64,000 nt of DNA from Schmidtea polychroa (taxonomy: Eukaryota), in NCBI GenBank assembly GCA_044892525.1, contig CM097888.1, forward strand, positions 46,810,001-46,874,000, written 5' to 3'. Below, in pieces: positions 55,501 through 64,000 of this stretch. The notes beneath the pieces were generated by a model. It saw only the letters and a program-made list of their open reading frames with translations, was not told the DNA's origin and ran no database searches. The translations under genes and the position numbers were made by a program. Numbering within the stretch: the first letter of the stretch is position 1; each line of letters begins with the position of its first letter.

Positions 55501-58500
55501 ATTAATATTATCTGTCAACAAATGACCATTGTGATGTGATATCAGTAAATATCATTTAATTCGTTGGTAGGCAACTATTCGACTGCGACAAAACTCGGTT
55601 GCTATTGGTGTCGCTATGACAACAGATAACCGATCAAAAACAATTAATATTTCATTTCAATACAATTTTCATATCATTATCCACAATCTAACAATTGATT
55701 TAATTGTTTCGAAAATAATTTCCATTATTATTATTAATTAATTAATTGTTATTCAATATTATTCAATTATAAAACAAAAGAATTGAAAACCATTCGAAAG
55801 TCAAATACTAACCTGAACTAATTGTTCAATTTTCAATCCGACTTGTTCAATTTCACTGTAAGATTTGGCAATTCTTTCCGTTCGGTCATCCAAATTCAGC
55901 ATCGTTTCATGTTTGCTTTCTTTCCTACTATACAATCTTTGACGTCCCAAATCATTCATCAAGTCAATTATTGACAACAAGTTCGCTTTGCTTTTCATTA
56001 ATTTGTTATACAATCTTTCCACTTCAATTCCAATTTCATTGATATAATTCCAAACGTCTTATTATTTTTTTATAATAAAGAAAATAATAATTTTATCCAT
56101 AATAAATATACCAGAAGTGTTCCATTTCATTATCGTAAATGAATTCTCGAGTTTGTTGTCGATTTTTATTAAATCATTTTCAATTAATCCGAACTCGAAA
56201 TAAATAACACTGGTGATGATTTTGTTATACTGCTCCACTGTGTTGAGTAACGAAACTAAATATTTCCTCCATTTATTATTTTCACTGTAGATATGAATAA
56301 TGTCAGAAGGGATTGTCTGTTTTCGATTGGAATCCTCTACTGAATCATTGTGAATTTGTATGTATTTCGTGTCTTTCAAGGCTGCTTCGAGCTGAGATTA
56401 TTAATGAAATTTGGAATTTATTTTCGTAGACAATTAATCAATATTACTTTTGAGTCGAAATTAATCGAAATGAAATTATTATCAAGACGAATTAATAAAG
56501 GATTTTCCAAGCTCTGTTTGCTGTTGTTGTCGACAGTTTTACTCCAGCCTTTATAAATATTCGAATCGAATCTGGAATTAAATTGTATTATTTTCATTGG
56601 AAATTTTCACAATCATTTCTTACCCTTGCAATAGTTTTAGGAATTCATTCAATTTTCGATGGACAATTTCCCCGTTTTGAGACTCGAAAAATGTTGGACA
56701 TAGAAATAGAATCATGTTGTATAATTTGGTGAGCTTTTTTCTCAATTGTTCTGACCAATGAATTGAGCCGGCAATCTGAGGGAGATTTTTCCCGACTTCA
56801 TAGCGGCCGAAGTTCTCCATGTGAGTTTTTTGATATTCGTATATCGTTTTCGATAAATCGATCTCCAAGTCCATTAATTTTAATAAATCTACATGTGAAC
56901 TCTCGATTGCATTGGAGATTTCTTCATTGTCGTTGAGAACCATGAAAAGATTCAGTAACTTGAAAATGGAAAATATTTTTATTCTTCTTTTAATACAAAG
57001 AATATACTTTCAGTCCACATTCAAGATTATTGCAGTCTTCAATAGCGAATAAATAAATGGTTTTTAATTCTTTATGGAACGTGTCGACTTCCATCATGAA
57101 TTTTCCATAATCAGTAAAGAATTGCTGGATTATAAAACAACTATAAAAGTTTATTACATTTAACACAGTGACGTAACTTTGATGAACTGGCCCTTACAAA
57201 AAACGCACAAAAAGCGGTCCACCAATCCCGTTGTGCTCCAATTACTTGCTTAATCTAGTGATGAACTTATGCGAAACAAAATGTTGATCTCTGATATTAA
57301 ACGAAATTGTAAAAAGTTTAATGGTGAAAAGATAAAATATTATTCATTTTATTTTATTATTTTTATAATATTTATAATTACTAATTGTTATCATATTTTC
57401 TGGCTCACTTTGGAGTTTCCAAGCCGGGTTATAGTTACGTCACTAATTAAAAAATATAATACCTCTTCAATTGGATTCATTGGATTGTAAGTACTTTCAA
57501 CAAATATTTTGTAGTTTTCATTGAATCTTTTTGAAATGTTCTGAACTTCCTGGCTCAAAATTCCTCCTCTAACTCCGCTGAATTCAATTTTCTCCAATTT
57601 ACTAAAAGTTGTGGCAATGTTTAAAATCTCCTGAAAACAAAATAATTTTCCTTTAATAACTTTTTCAATTTTTCTTTACTTGTATTTTGTTAATATTACT
57701 AACGACTGCATTGAATTTGCTGAAAATCATTTCCGAATCGAATTCCCAACGGTCTGGTTTTGCTTTGGTCTTTGAACAAAATTTCTCTAGATTTTCTTTG
57801 TAAATAAAATATTTGTCTTTGAATAAGTTAAGAATTTTCAAAGATTTTTTAATTTTTTCCAATGAATCTTCGACTTCACTTTTGAATATTTCTTCCGGCA
57901 CTAAGTAAGCTTGACATTGTTCAATGATGAGATTACAAATTTCTCGCATTAAAACAATAATTCTTTCCGGAATACGATAGTATTTACAATTAGCCCAAAA
58001 CAAACAGACAACGTGAAAAATCGGATCGATATAATTTACGGATAAATCAAAATCTTGTTGTTGATAAGTTTCTAGCTGATTTTTTATTGGTTCGATTTTA
58101 AGTGTTATTTCATCGCTTTCAATCAAATCTACAGATAATAAAATAGGATAGCACTAAAACGAAAAGGAGCTTACCTCTGACAACGTTTGTGAACAGCTTT
58201 TTAAATGAGTCATAATAAACGCTATTTGTTATTTCTAGGATTTCAGCCATTTTTTTCACTTTCGATTGATATAACTAATTAAAGGAATAATTTTAGTTGT
58301 AATGTTTATTACGAACTTGATCATAAATTTTTTGAAGCCGCTTTTGTTTATTCTTCCAGAATTCGAGTTCTTCATATGGTAGAGCATCAGGGTTTGAAAT
58401 CAATATATCCGCGGAAGAAGTCGAAAGCTGTTTATCGATTTGATGGGTCCATTCGATAACAATCGTTTCAAAATTGTAAACAAGTCTTCGAAGATTTGGA

Positions 58501-59201
58501 TTCTCTCTAAAACATTCGATTTTAGTTAATTGAACTTTCATTAGATCAAATAAACCTTAATTCGTGGGGCGTGAATACTTCATGAGACCTTTCGTCAAAT
58601 ACTTCCGGTAAAGGAAGAACGATTTGGTTTTGTGATTTACCGAGAAATATTTTCAATTCCCTTTCTAATTTTATAATATTCTTTTTTATATCATTCAATG
58701 TTGATGTTGACCAATCTTCACAGTTCTTTTCATTTGTCAACAATTTAATAGCCACCTAAAAAATGTAATTATGAACATTGTTTGGGGGAAAAATAAATAA
58801 ATTTCAACCTTTTCCAAAAATACCGGTAATTCTATTAAACAATTTCCATCGAATTCTCCATAACTAAATGTGTTTTTAATCTCTTTAACAGAGGCATCGG
58901 GTAAAACAACATCTTCTGAGTTATTTTTTAGGAAATAAAAGCATTTTACGACTGATTTCAGATTTTGTGGAAAATCAAAGGAAATGGAAATTGTTCCAGT
59001 GGAACTTAAAAGAAAAAAGACTTGACTCAAACCAGCCTTGTCAAATAATTTTAAAAGATTTTTTCTATTATCTTCAGTTAATAAAAATTTCTCCCATTTA
59101 TCTTCACGAATCCCAAATGTTTTTATAATTAAGTTTTCAAAAAATGACAATCTTTTATCTTTTACTACTTCTTCTTCTGGTGCCGCTGCTGTCTGAGGCA
59201 T
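20912..59201 (-). CDS. DNAH9: Axonemal outer-arm dynein beta heavy chain (DNAH9/11/17 class), multi-exon, apparently full length
   Basis: ATG at 59201 ([10 protein letters not shown]...), stop TAA at 20912 (...[25 protein letters not shown]). P-loops GPAGTGKT (~40500), GNAGTGKT (~39480 and ~35540) and GVGGSGKQ (~32950); stalk/MTBD in the large exon ~29575-31450. Junctions checked are in-frame GT-AG; rough exon sum ~13.5-14 kb. Exact orthology within DNAH9/11/17 not determined. Confidence 0.96.
21975..23030 (-). mobile_element. Degenerate mariner (DD34D-type) element, copy 1, in a dynein intron
   Basis: Frameshifted motifs [28 protein letters not shown] and [16 protein letters not shown] (cf. 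HPPYSPDLAPSDFHLF). Boundaries approximate. Confidence 0.85.
24250..24365. repeat. AT-only tandem repeat (TAATTAA(A)TATA-like units)
   Basis: Direct reading. Confidence 0.8.
26191..26654. mobile_element. hAT-type MITE
   Basis: TIRs CAGTGGAGTCACTAGGG / CCCTAGTGACGCCATTG; 8-bp TSD ATTATATA/ATTAAATA (one mismatch). Confidence 0.8.
27735..27870 (-). mobile_element. Truncated non-autonomous Helitron fragment abutting a fold-back repeat
   Basis: Shares TTTGTTTGTTTGTACGTGTCAGATCAAATC and AAAATTTTTCAAGTAACTT(C/T)AAGTTAAATTTTA blocks with the element at 34465-34850. Confidence 0.6.
28255..28640 (+). repeat. Truncated copy of the hAT MITE at 54203-54636
   Basis: Colinear similarity starting GAAGG(G/A)(T/C)CCAAGGCTAAAAATCTTATGG. 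Confidence 0.75.
33809..33998. mobile_element. pogo/Tigger-type MITE
   Basis: TA-flanked TIRs CCGTATTTTCCCGCATA / TATGTGGGAAAATACGG. Confidence 0.85.
34465..34850 (-). mobile_element. Miniature Helitron retaining a helicase C-terminal fragment
   Basis: Minus strand: [21 protein letters not shown] (PIF1/Helitron helicase motif); 3' hairpin CCGTCA-tgct-TGACGG ~10 nt before terminal CTAG at 34465, followed by T. Confidence 0.85.
43093..43140 (-). ncRNA. Second minimal hammerhead ribozyme motif, intronic, same strand as dynein
   Basis: Minus strand: cctac CTGATGA t GATA-ggaaaaa-TGTC GAAA TATA TT gtgaaa; same architecture as 18038-18083. Confidence 0.55.
43170..45004 (+). mobile_element. Tigger/pogo transposon, near full length, inactivated
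   Basis: TA-flanked TIRs CAGTAGATTTCGCTTATAGAGAAC / GTTCTCTTTAAGCGGTATCTAAATG. HTH/CENP-B-like ORF 43421-43741, frameshift ~43730, NAD*TGLFY (stop replacing E), DDE_1 ORF 44014-44886 ([18 protein letters not shown]). Confidence 0.93.
45075..46145 (+). mobile_element. Degenerate mariner element, copy 2, inverted relative to copy 1
   Basis: Colinear and highly similar to 21975-23030, with the same broken ORFs ending ...[13 protein letters not shown]. Confidence 0.85.
49330..49630 (+). repeat. Dispersed ~300-bp repeat, second copy at ~62110-62410
   Basis: Shared blocks ATACAAAAAACTGACAGAATTATAATATTATCCAAAAGACCTTTTCAAACCA ... GTTGGGAATCTCTTAATACAAACTGTT. Confidence 0.85.
50790..51500. mobile_element. 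Fold-back/MULE-like MITE with long imperfect TIRs
   Basis: Inverted core TTTGTTTGGGTGCTATCGAACACAA (~50900) / TTGTATTCGATAGCACCCAAATAAA (~51360), with degenerate AT-rich extensions. Confidence 0.6.
54203..54636. mobile_element. hAT-type MITE
   Basis: TIRs CAGAGCTGGATTTAC / GTAAATCCAGGCCTG; degenerate 8-bp TSD ATAATAGG/ATTATAAG. Confidence 0.75.
54785..55480 (+). mobile_element. Mutator-like (MULE) deletion derivative with C-terminal zinc knuckle
   Basis: ORF 55042-55263 ends ...[21 protein letters not shown], flanked by ~200-bp AT-rich imperfect inverted repeats. Confidence 0.55.
55610..55623. promoter_or_regulatory. RFX X-box motif inside a dynein intron
   Basis: GTCGCTATGACAAC matches the X-box consensus GTHNYY-AT-RRNAAC; a second half-site GGTTGCTA lies just upstream. 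Confidence 0.45.
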
Positions 59202-60699
59202 ATCCAATCAAAATAAGAAGTACAAAAAATAGTAGAATCTAGTTAGAAACAATTTAAATAAATACTGTTTTATATTGCGTAGTAATGATTTAGATAAACA
59301 ATCGTTTTATATAAAATATTAAAATTAGAATTGATAATAAATAAATGTTCTTATTTTAATATAGTTCATATTACGAAATTTTTTATAATTTGTTATCATT
59401 TTTATAGTTAAAATATTATAATCTTATTTAATTAAATTTATTTAATTTTTAAAATTTATAAACTAATTAATTAAAAAACAAATGTATTGTACGTCGTATA
59501 AGATTCACAGGGCGTGCAACGTGTTAAAGTCATTTTATTCATGATTAAATTATTAAAATACCTTAAAATCAGTATTAAATTAAACAAATATTTATGGTGA
59601 GCTATTATATTTTCTTTTAATGTATTTTAGAGTTTTAAGCCTTATAAAGACTTAATTTGGTTAATTTCAGTGTCCAATCTCAAATTTCACATTCTAATAA
59701 TAAGCGGGCAATTTATTATTATTACTCATGTTGATAGGTCGATTAGCTGCAGTTTTAGAAAGGCTTATGGTACTTGGACCTTCATGGATGGAGAATAATA
59801 GATAACTGAAGTTTAAATACCAAGATTTACTGAAATATATATTATAGAAACTCGACAGTCACTTATTTTAAATTGAGATTTACTGACTTATATTAGTATT
59901 CCTGCAGAAAATATTTTCTGTAAATTATGTTGACATTCTGCGTTCTTTTATCCTGAATGTCGCTATTTTACAGTTGTCCTTTATCTGAAATAGCTAAGTG
60001 TTTTTAATTCGACTAGCAATACATTTTTGATTACTTCTCTTTACCACCAGATTTGAAATGTGTAACTTAGTTGAGAAATAAATATTATGTAAGCCCGGTT
60101 ATCAAAACTAACATCAGCTGGTTTTCATTTCCGGGTTCTTGATTATATAAAGATTTACGTTATCATCACTGATATTCTTTTCTTTTTATAATCAAGGCTT
60201 TCATATATATTTCATTTATTCCTCATTTTCACATAGATTATCTCAATGGTTTTCAATTATTACAAGTTCATTACATAATTTTGATCAGAGATTTGCCCTA
60301 GTTTTCAGTTCTGATGGTGTTAATACAAATAACTTCGAAAATTTAAGTAGCATTTCTCTTCACTTCTTGGTAATACATAAAGATTCTAATAAATATGATC
60401 AGTAACATCCAGATAAAATATTTCTATTAACACAAACACTCAGGCTTAATAGAAAATATAGACTTTTGACTGATTTTCATACTACTTTTATCACCTTTTC
60501 AGGTTGCTATGTGGATTCACTGGTTCATGTGTACTTTTCTATAACCAAGTTTTCTATATTTTTACCGATCCACAACCCTAGTTTTGTTTGATTTTTTTTA
60601 CCATTATAATTATGGTACTTTTTTATATTTTTATATTTTCTAATTATTATTGTTTCCTTTCATATATTTTTATATAACCTCAATACTTCTCAAATATGT

Positions 60700-61600
60700 C
60701 TTGGTTTTGTTGAGTTATTGGGTTGGTGATAAAAATTTAAACTTCTTAATCTGACTCCAAGCGTGTCTTTGACTGACCCACAAATAACACTTGACAACAG
60801 AAGTCTTTATTGATAATCACAAATAACTTTCACTTTACACTGACAATCAATTCAACACTCTGCTTGGTGACTATACAATGCTTATTACAACAATCAGTGA
60901 GGAATAGCACTTGTGTATGACACCGGATTGAAAAATAACTAACTACGGATTGGTTTATCAACTGGGATTTTGAGCTGGTTGTTTTCTTTGACCTTCTTCA
61001 CAACTTTATTCAATTAATCAAGTAACTTCTTCGTTTAATTTTCCAACTAATTCTATTCTGCAAATGTTCTCCAACAATTATTCTTCACAAATATTTTCTT
61101 TACAATTATTCTTCACAAATCGTTTTCCCAATAACGTTTCGTTCGACTCTGTCTAATTTGTCGTCTCGGTTTTGTGTCCCAAATTGTCTGAATTTGTGTC
61201 CACCAGCTTGTGTCCCTAGCTTGTTTTATTTGTGGCACTCAAGATAATCAATTGTTTTTCCACTTTATTTCTTTTGCCTTTCCTGACTGTTCCAATTTTA
61301 TCTCTGACAGCTCTGATATTTTCCCTTTTGCCTTTTTAATTCAACCGCATTCTCCCAACAATTCTGTTATCATTGACAAGCTGTCGAGATAAGAATATTG
61401 TTGTTTTTCCTATTTCCCCAATTTCGAAATCTCTTTTCCTTTTGTACTAATTAATTTTATTTTCTTGTTTAATTTCTTTTGTTTCATTCCTCTTTCTCAT
61501 TTCTTATTTCTTTTTGCTTCCGTTTTCTTTTCTGAGTTCCCATAGATCGTCTGGTTTGTCATGACGATCTTCCCCCAAGTAATTTTATTTAGTTATTAAA
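60700..61600 (-). mobile_element. Possible degenerate LTR-retrotransposon gag/LTR remnant
   Basis: Purine-rich minus-strand pseudo-coding sequence with a decayed zinc-knuckle-like run (ECHK*NKLG.KLVD) near 61200; no intact ORF. Confidence 0.3.
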
Positions 61601-61759
61601 CTATTTATCATTTAAGTATCCTCAACAGTTTTGAAAGACATATATTTCTTCTACAAAATTTTGAGTAGATAACGTTAATTCAATGTCAGAAAATAGTTAT
61701 GGAATTCACACACTAGAATAAAAGTTTTATTATTTTTTTTTATTAAAACATACAGATCG

Positions 61760-62026
61760 TGCGCTTAAAAAAGCAAACGAACCAATTCAGCCTGTTGAAT
61801 TCGAAAGAATATCTGAAGTAAAAGAACTTAAAAGGAAAATAGTTGATATTAAAGAAAAATTATATTCTCTTGCGCCTGCTTTATCCATTGAAAGTATTCG
61901 AGTTGAAAATCTATTTAATGATGAAATTAATAAATAAACTTGCTTTAATGTTTAATTTTATTTTTTTCGTTATACGGGGGGGAGTTTTTACCGGTCCGAC
62001 CTATTCGTTATAGGGAGTTTTTACTG
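61760..62026 (+). mobile_element. 3' end of a Tigger-like element
   Basis: Short coding remnant followed by terminus GTTATAGGGAGTTTTTACTG then TA. Confidence 0.45.
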
Positions 62027-63834
62027 TATTTATTTTTATAGACAATCAAAAAATATGAATTCAATATTATGCACAAGGGTGGATTTCCTTAATAGATTTA
62101 AAAGTTAAAATTGTTCCTAAAAAAATTCGATATGAATTCCCAATACAAAAAACTGACAGAATTATAATATTATCCAAAAGACCTTTTCAAACCAATTGTA
62201 AATTTTTTTTTATATTACATTGATTTGATTTTCTTTTCTTTTCTTTTAACATTTCATTTATTTGCATTACAGCATAGATTAAAAATTCGTGTTAGATAAG
62301 AAAACAAATCTCTGATCTTTAGTCGCTTTTCAAGCCCTAATAAATTAATTAATTAATAATTAAATAAATAATCTTGGGCCTGGCGTTGGGAATCTCTTAA
62401 TACAAACTGTTTAGACTTCATTGTCATGTTTATTTATTGAATAATTAATGAAAGAGATTTTTGATTAAATATAATTTTTGGACGTTTGATATATATCACT
62501 GTTTGACTTCTTTGTGTTCTTTTCGAAATTAAGTAAACAACCCAACACAAAATCTTTATTCGGTATACAGTTACACTTTGGATACACTTTTTATTAATTC
62601 AACCACAATTGATTTTCCATTATCTCGGGTTCTCCATTAGTTAATTAATTTTTGTTTTTTTGTAATTTATTCTTTTTAGGGACCCCCATTGATTTTATTT
62701 TATTATATTTGAACTCGTCTCATTATTTGGTATCCACCCAAACCAGTTTCCCCAGGAAAATATTCATTTTTGATTTTTTTGATTTTTTTAATTAATATTT
62801 TGTACTTTAAATTATTATTGTGAATTTTGGTGTTAACCTCATTTTTATACCTCTCCTGTTGAACCCCAACAAAATATGAAATTTAATAAAAAAATGCTAT
62901 ATGAAATTTCGTAACTTATTTGAATGAACAACTCAGAATTTTTAAAAGAATTTTCCTAATCAAAGATGACATTGAGCCTGTTGAAATATATTGTTTAAGG
63001 TATGTTCGAGTGGCGTTTTCAATATTTAAATCAGTGCAATGTTTATGCATTTGTTGTTATAAANNNNNNNNNNNNNNNNNNNNNNNNNNNNNNNNNNNNN
63101 NNNNNNNNNNNNNNNNNNNNNNNNNNNNNNNNNNNNNNNNNNNNNNNNNNNNNNNNNNNNNNNNNNNNNNNNNNNNNNNNNNNNNNNNNNNNNNNNNNNN
63201 NNNNNNNNNNNNNNNNNNNNNNNNNNNNNNNNNNNNNNNNNNNNNNNNNNNNNNNNNNNNNNNNNNNNNNNNNNNNNNNNNNNNNNNNNNNNNNNNNNNN
63301 NNNNNNNNNNNNNNNNNNNNNNNNNNNNNNNNNNNNNNNNNNNNNNNNNNNNNNNNNNNNNNNNNNNNNNNNNNNNNNNNNNNNNNNNNNNNNNNNNNNN
63401 NNNNNNNNATTAGTGGTTTAGAAAAATTCTATCACCACCTTTGTGTGTTCCAGTGCTATAACATACTCATGCACACTTTTGAATTAAAGCTTACCTGTCT
63501 ATCTTATTTCTAGCCTATATAATCTATTGTATTTCGAAATAAATCCCGTTTAGCAGAAGAATGTGGAAATAAAAAATGATTTCTTTTGCGTTGTGGTATA
63601 AATTCGTAGTGGAGAAAAACATATGCAAACTTTCAATTTTATAGAAAATCCATCAAATATTGCATCATTCCATCCAGTAATTTTATCTTATCGTATTTGG
63701 CCTAATTTTCCTGGTGTTCTATAAAAAGTTAATTAATTTGCCTCAATAAAAGAAAATATATATTCTAAGAACACGCAAAGTTGACAAATGTGGATGAAAT
63801 GATTTTTCCGGGAAAATAAATTTGAATTAATGAT

Positions 63835-63945
63835 CTATTCAAGGTATCCGTTTTTATCCTCCACGTAGTCCATGTCGCGTTTGAGTTGGCACATTGAGCA
63901 AAAGTAGCACCAATAAGTTAGACAGCAATCTTCTATTATACTTCC
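63835..63945 (-). CDS. Last coding exon of a PLAC8/cornifelin-family protein (gene continues beyond the window)
   Basis: Acceptor TTCAG then GSIIEDCCLTYWCYFCSMCQLKRDMDYVEDKNGYLE*, matching the PLAC8 C-terminal GS..eDC....wC..CalCQ..Re motif. Confidence 0.85.
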   Translation of the reverse strand, partial: GSIIEDCCLTYWCYFCSMCQLKRDMDYVEDKNGYLE

Positions 63946-64000
63946 CTGAATATAAAAAAGTTATTTAATTTATAAAATATTATTCCTTTATTGAGGTGTT

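Noticed and set aside
58737-59207. Dynein start at 59207 and NPF start at 19427 as given by the ORF track
   Set aside because: These are TTG/GTG alternative starts; the in-frame ATGs at 59201 and 19430 are used instead.
60090-60140. Hairpin containing CTGATG on the minus strand as a hammerhead
   Set aside because: It lacks the CTGANGA and GAAA core in the right context.
1-64000. CRISPR arrays, rRNA, tRNA or prokaryotic operons
   Set aside because: None seen; the tandem repeats present are microsatellites or TE subterminal repeats in a spliced eukaryotic context.

Overview
AT-rich eukaryotic (metazoan) genomic DNA with four N gaps. The NPF-type neuropeptide gene, 44-55 bp minimal introns and TE spectrum suggest a lophotrochozoan, possibly a planarian flatworm (inference). 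The main feature is an apparently complete multi-exon (roughly 45-50 exons) axonemal outer-arm dynein beta heavy chain gene (DNAH9/11/17 class) on the minus strand, ~59201 to 20912. It lies tail-to-tail, stop codons 77 nt apart, with a two-exon NPY/NPF precursor on the plus strand (19430-20834). None of the following is fully resolved by the ORF track: spliced laminin-G-like exons and a transmembrane/PDZ-tail exon set (3354-11568, minus) that may be one receptor gene, an HSP70 pseudogene fragment, a PLAC8/cornifelin-like last exon at the right edge, and Polinton/adintovirus-like remnants with two GC-rich structured islands at the left edge. A Penelope-like remnant carries a minimal hammerhead ribozyme motif, and a second hammerhead motif lies in the sense orientation inside a dynein intron. 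Many TE remnants are present (hAT, Tc1/mariner, Tigger, Helitron, MULE, Gypsy). All calls come from manual reading and translation; no database searches were run, and some boundaries are approximate.
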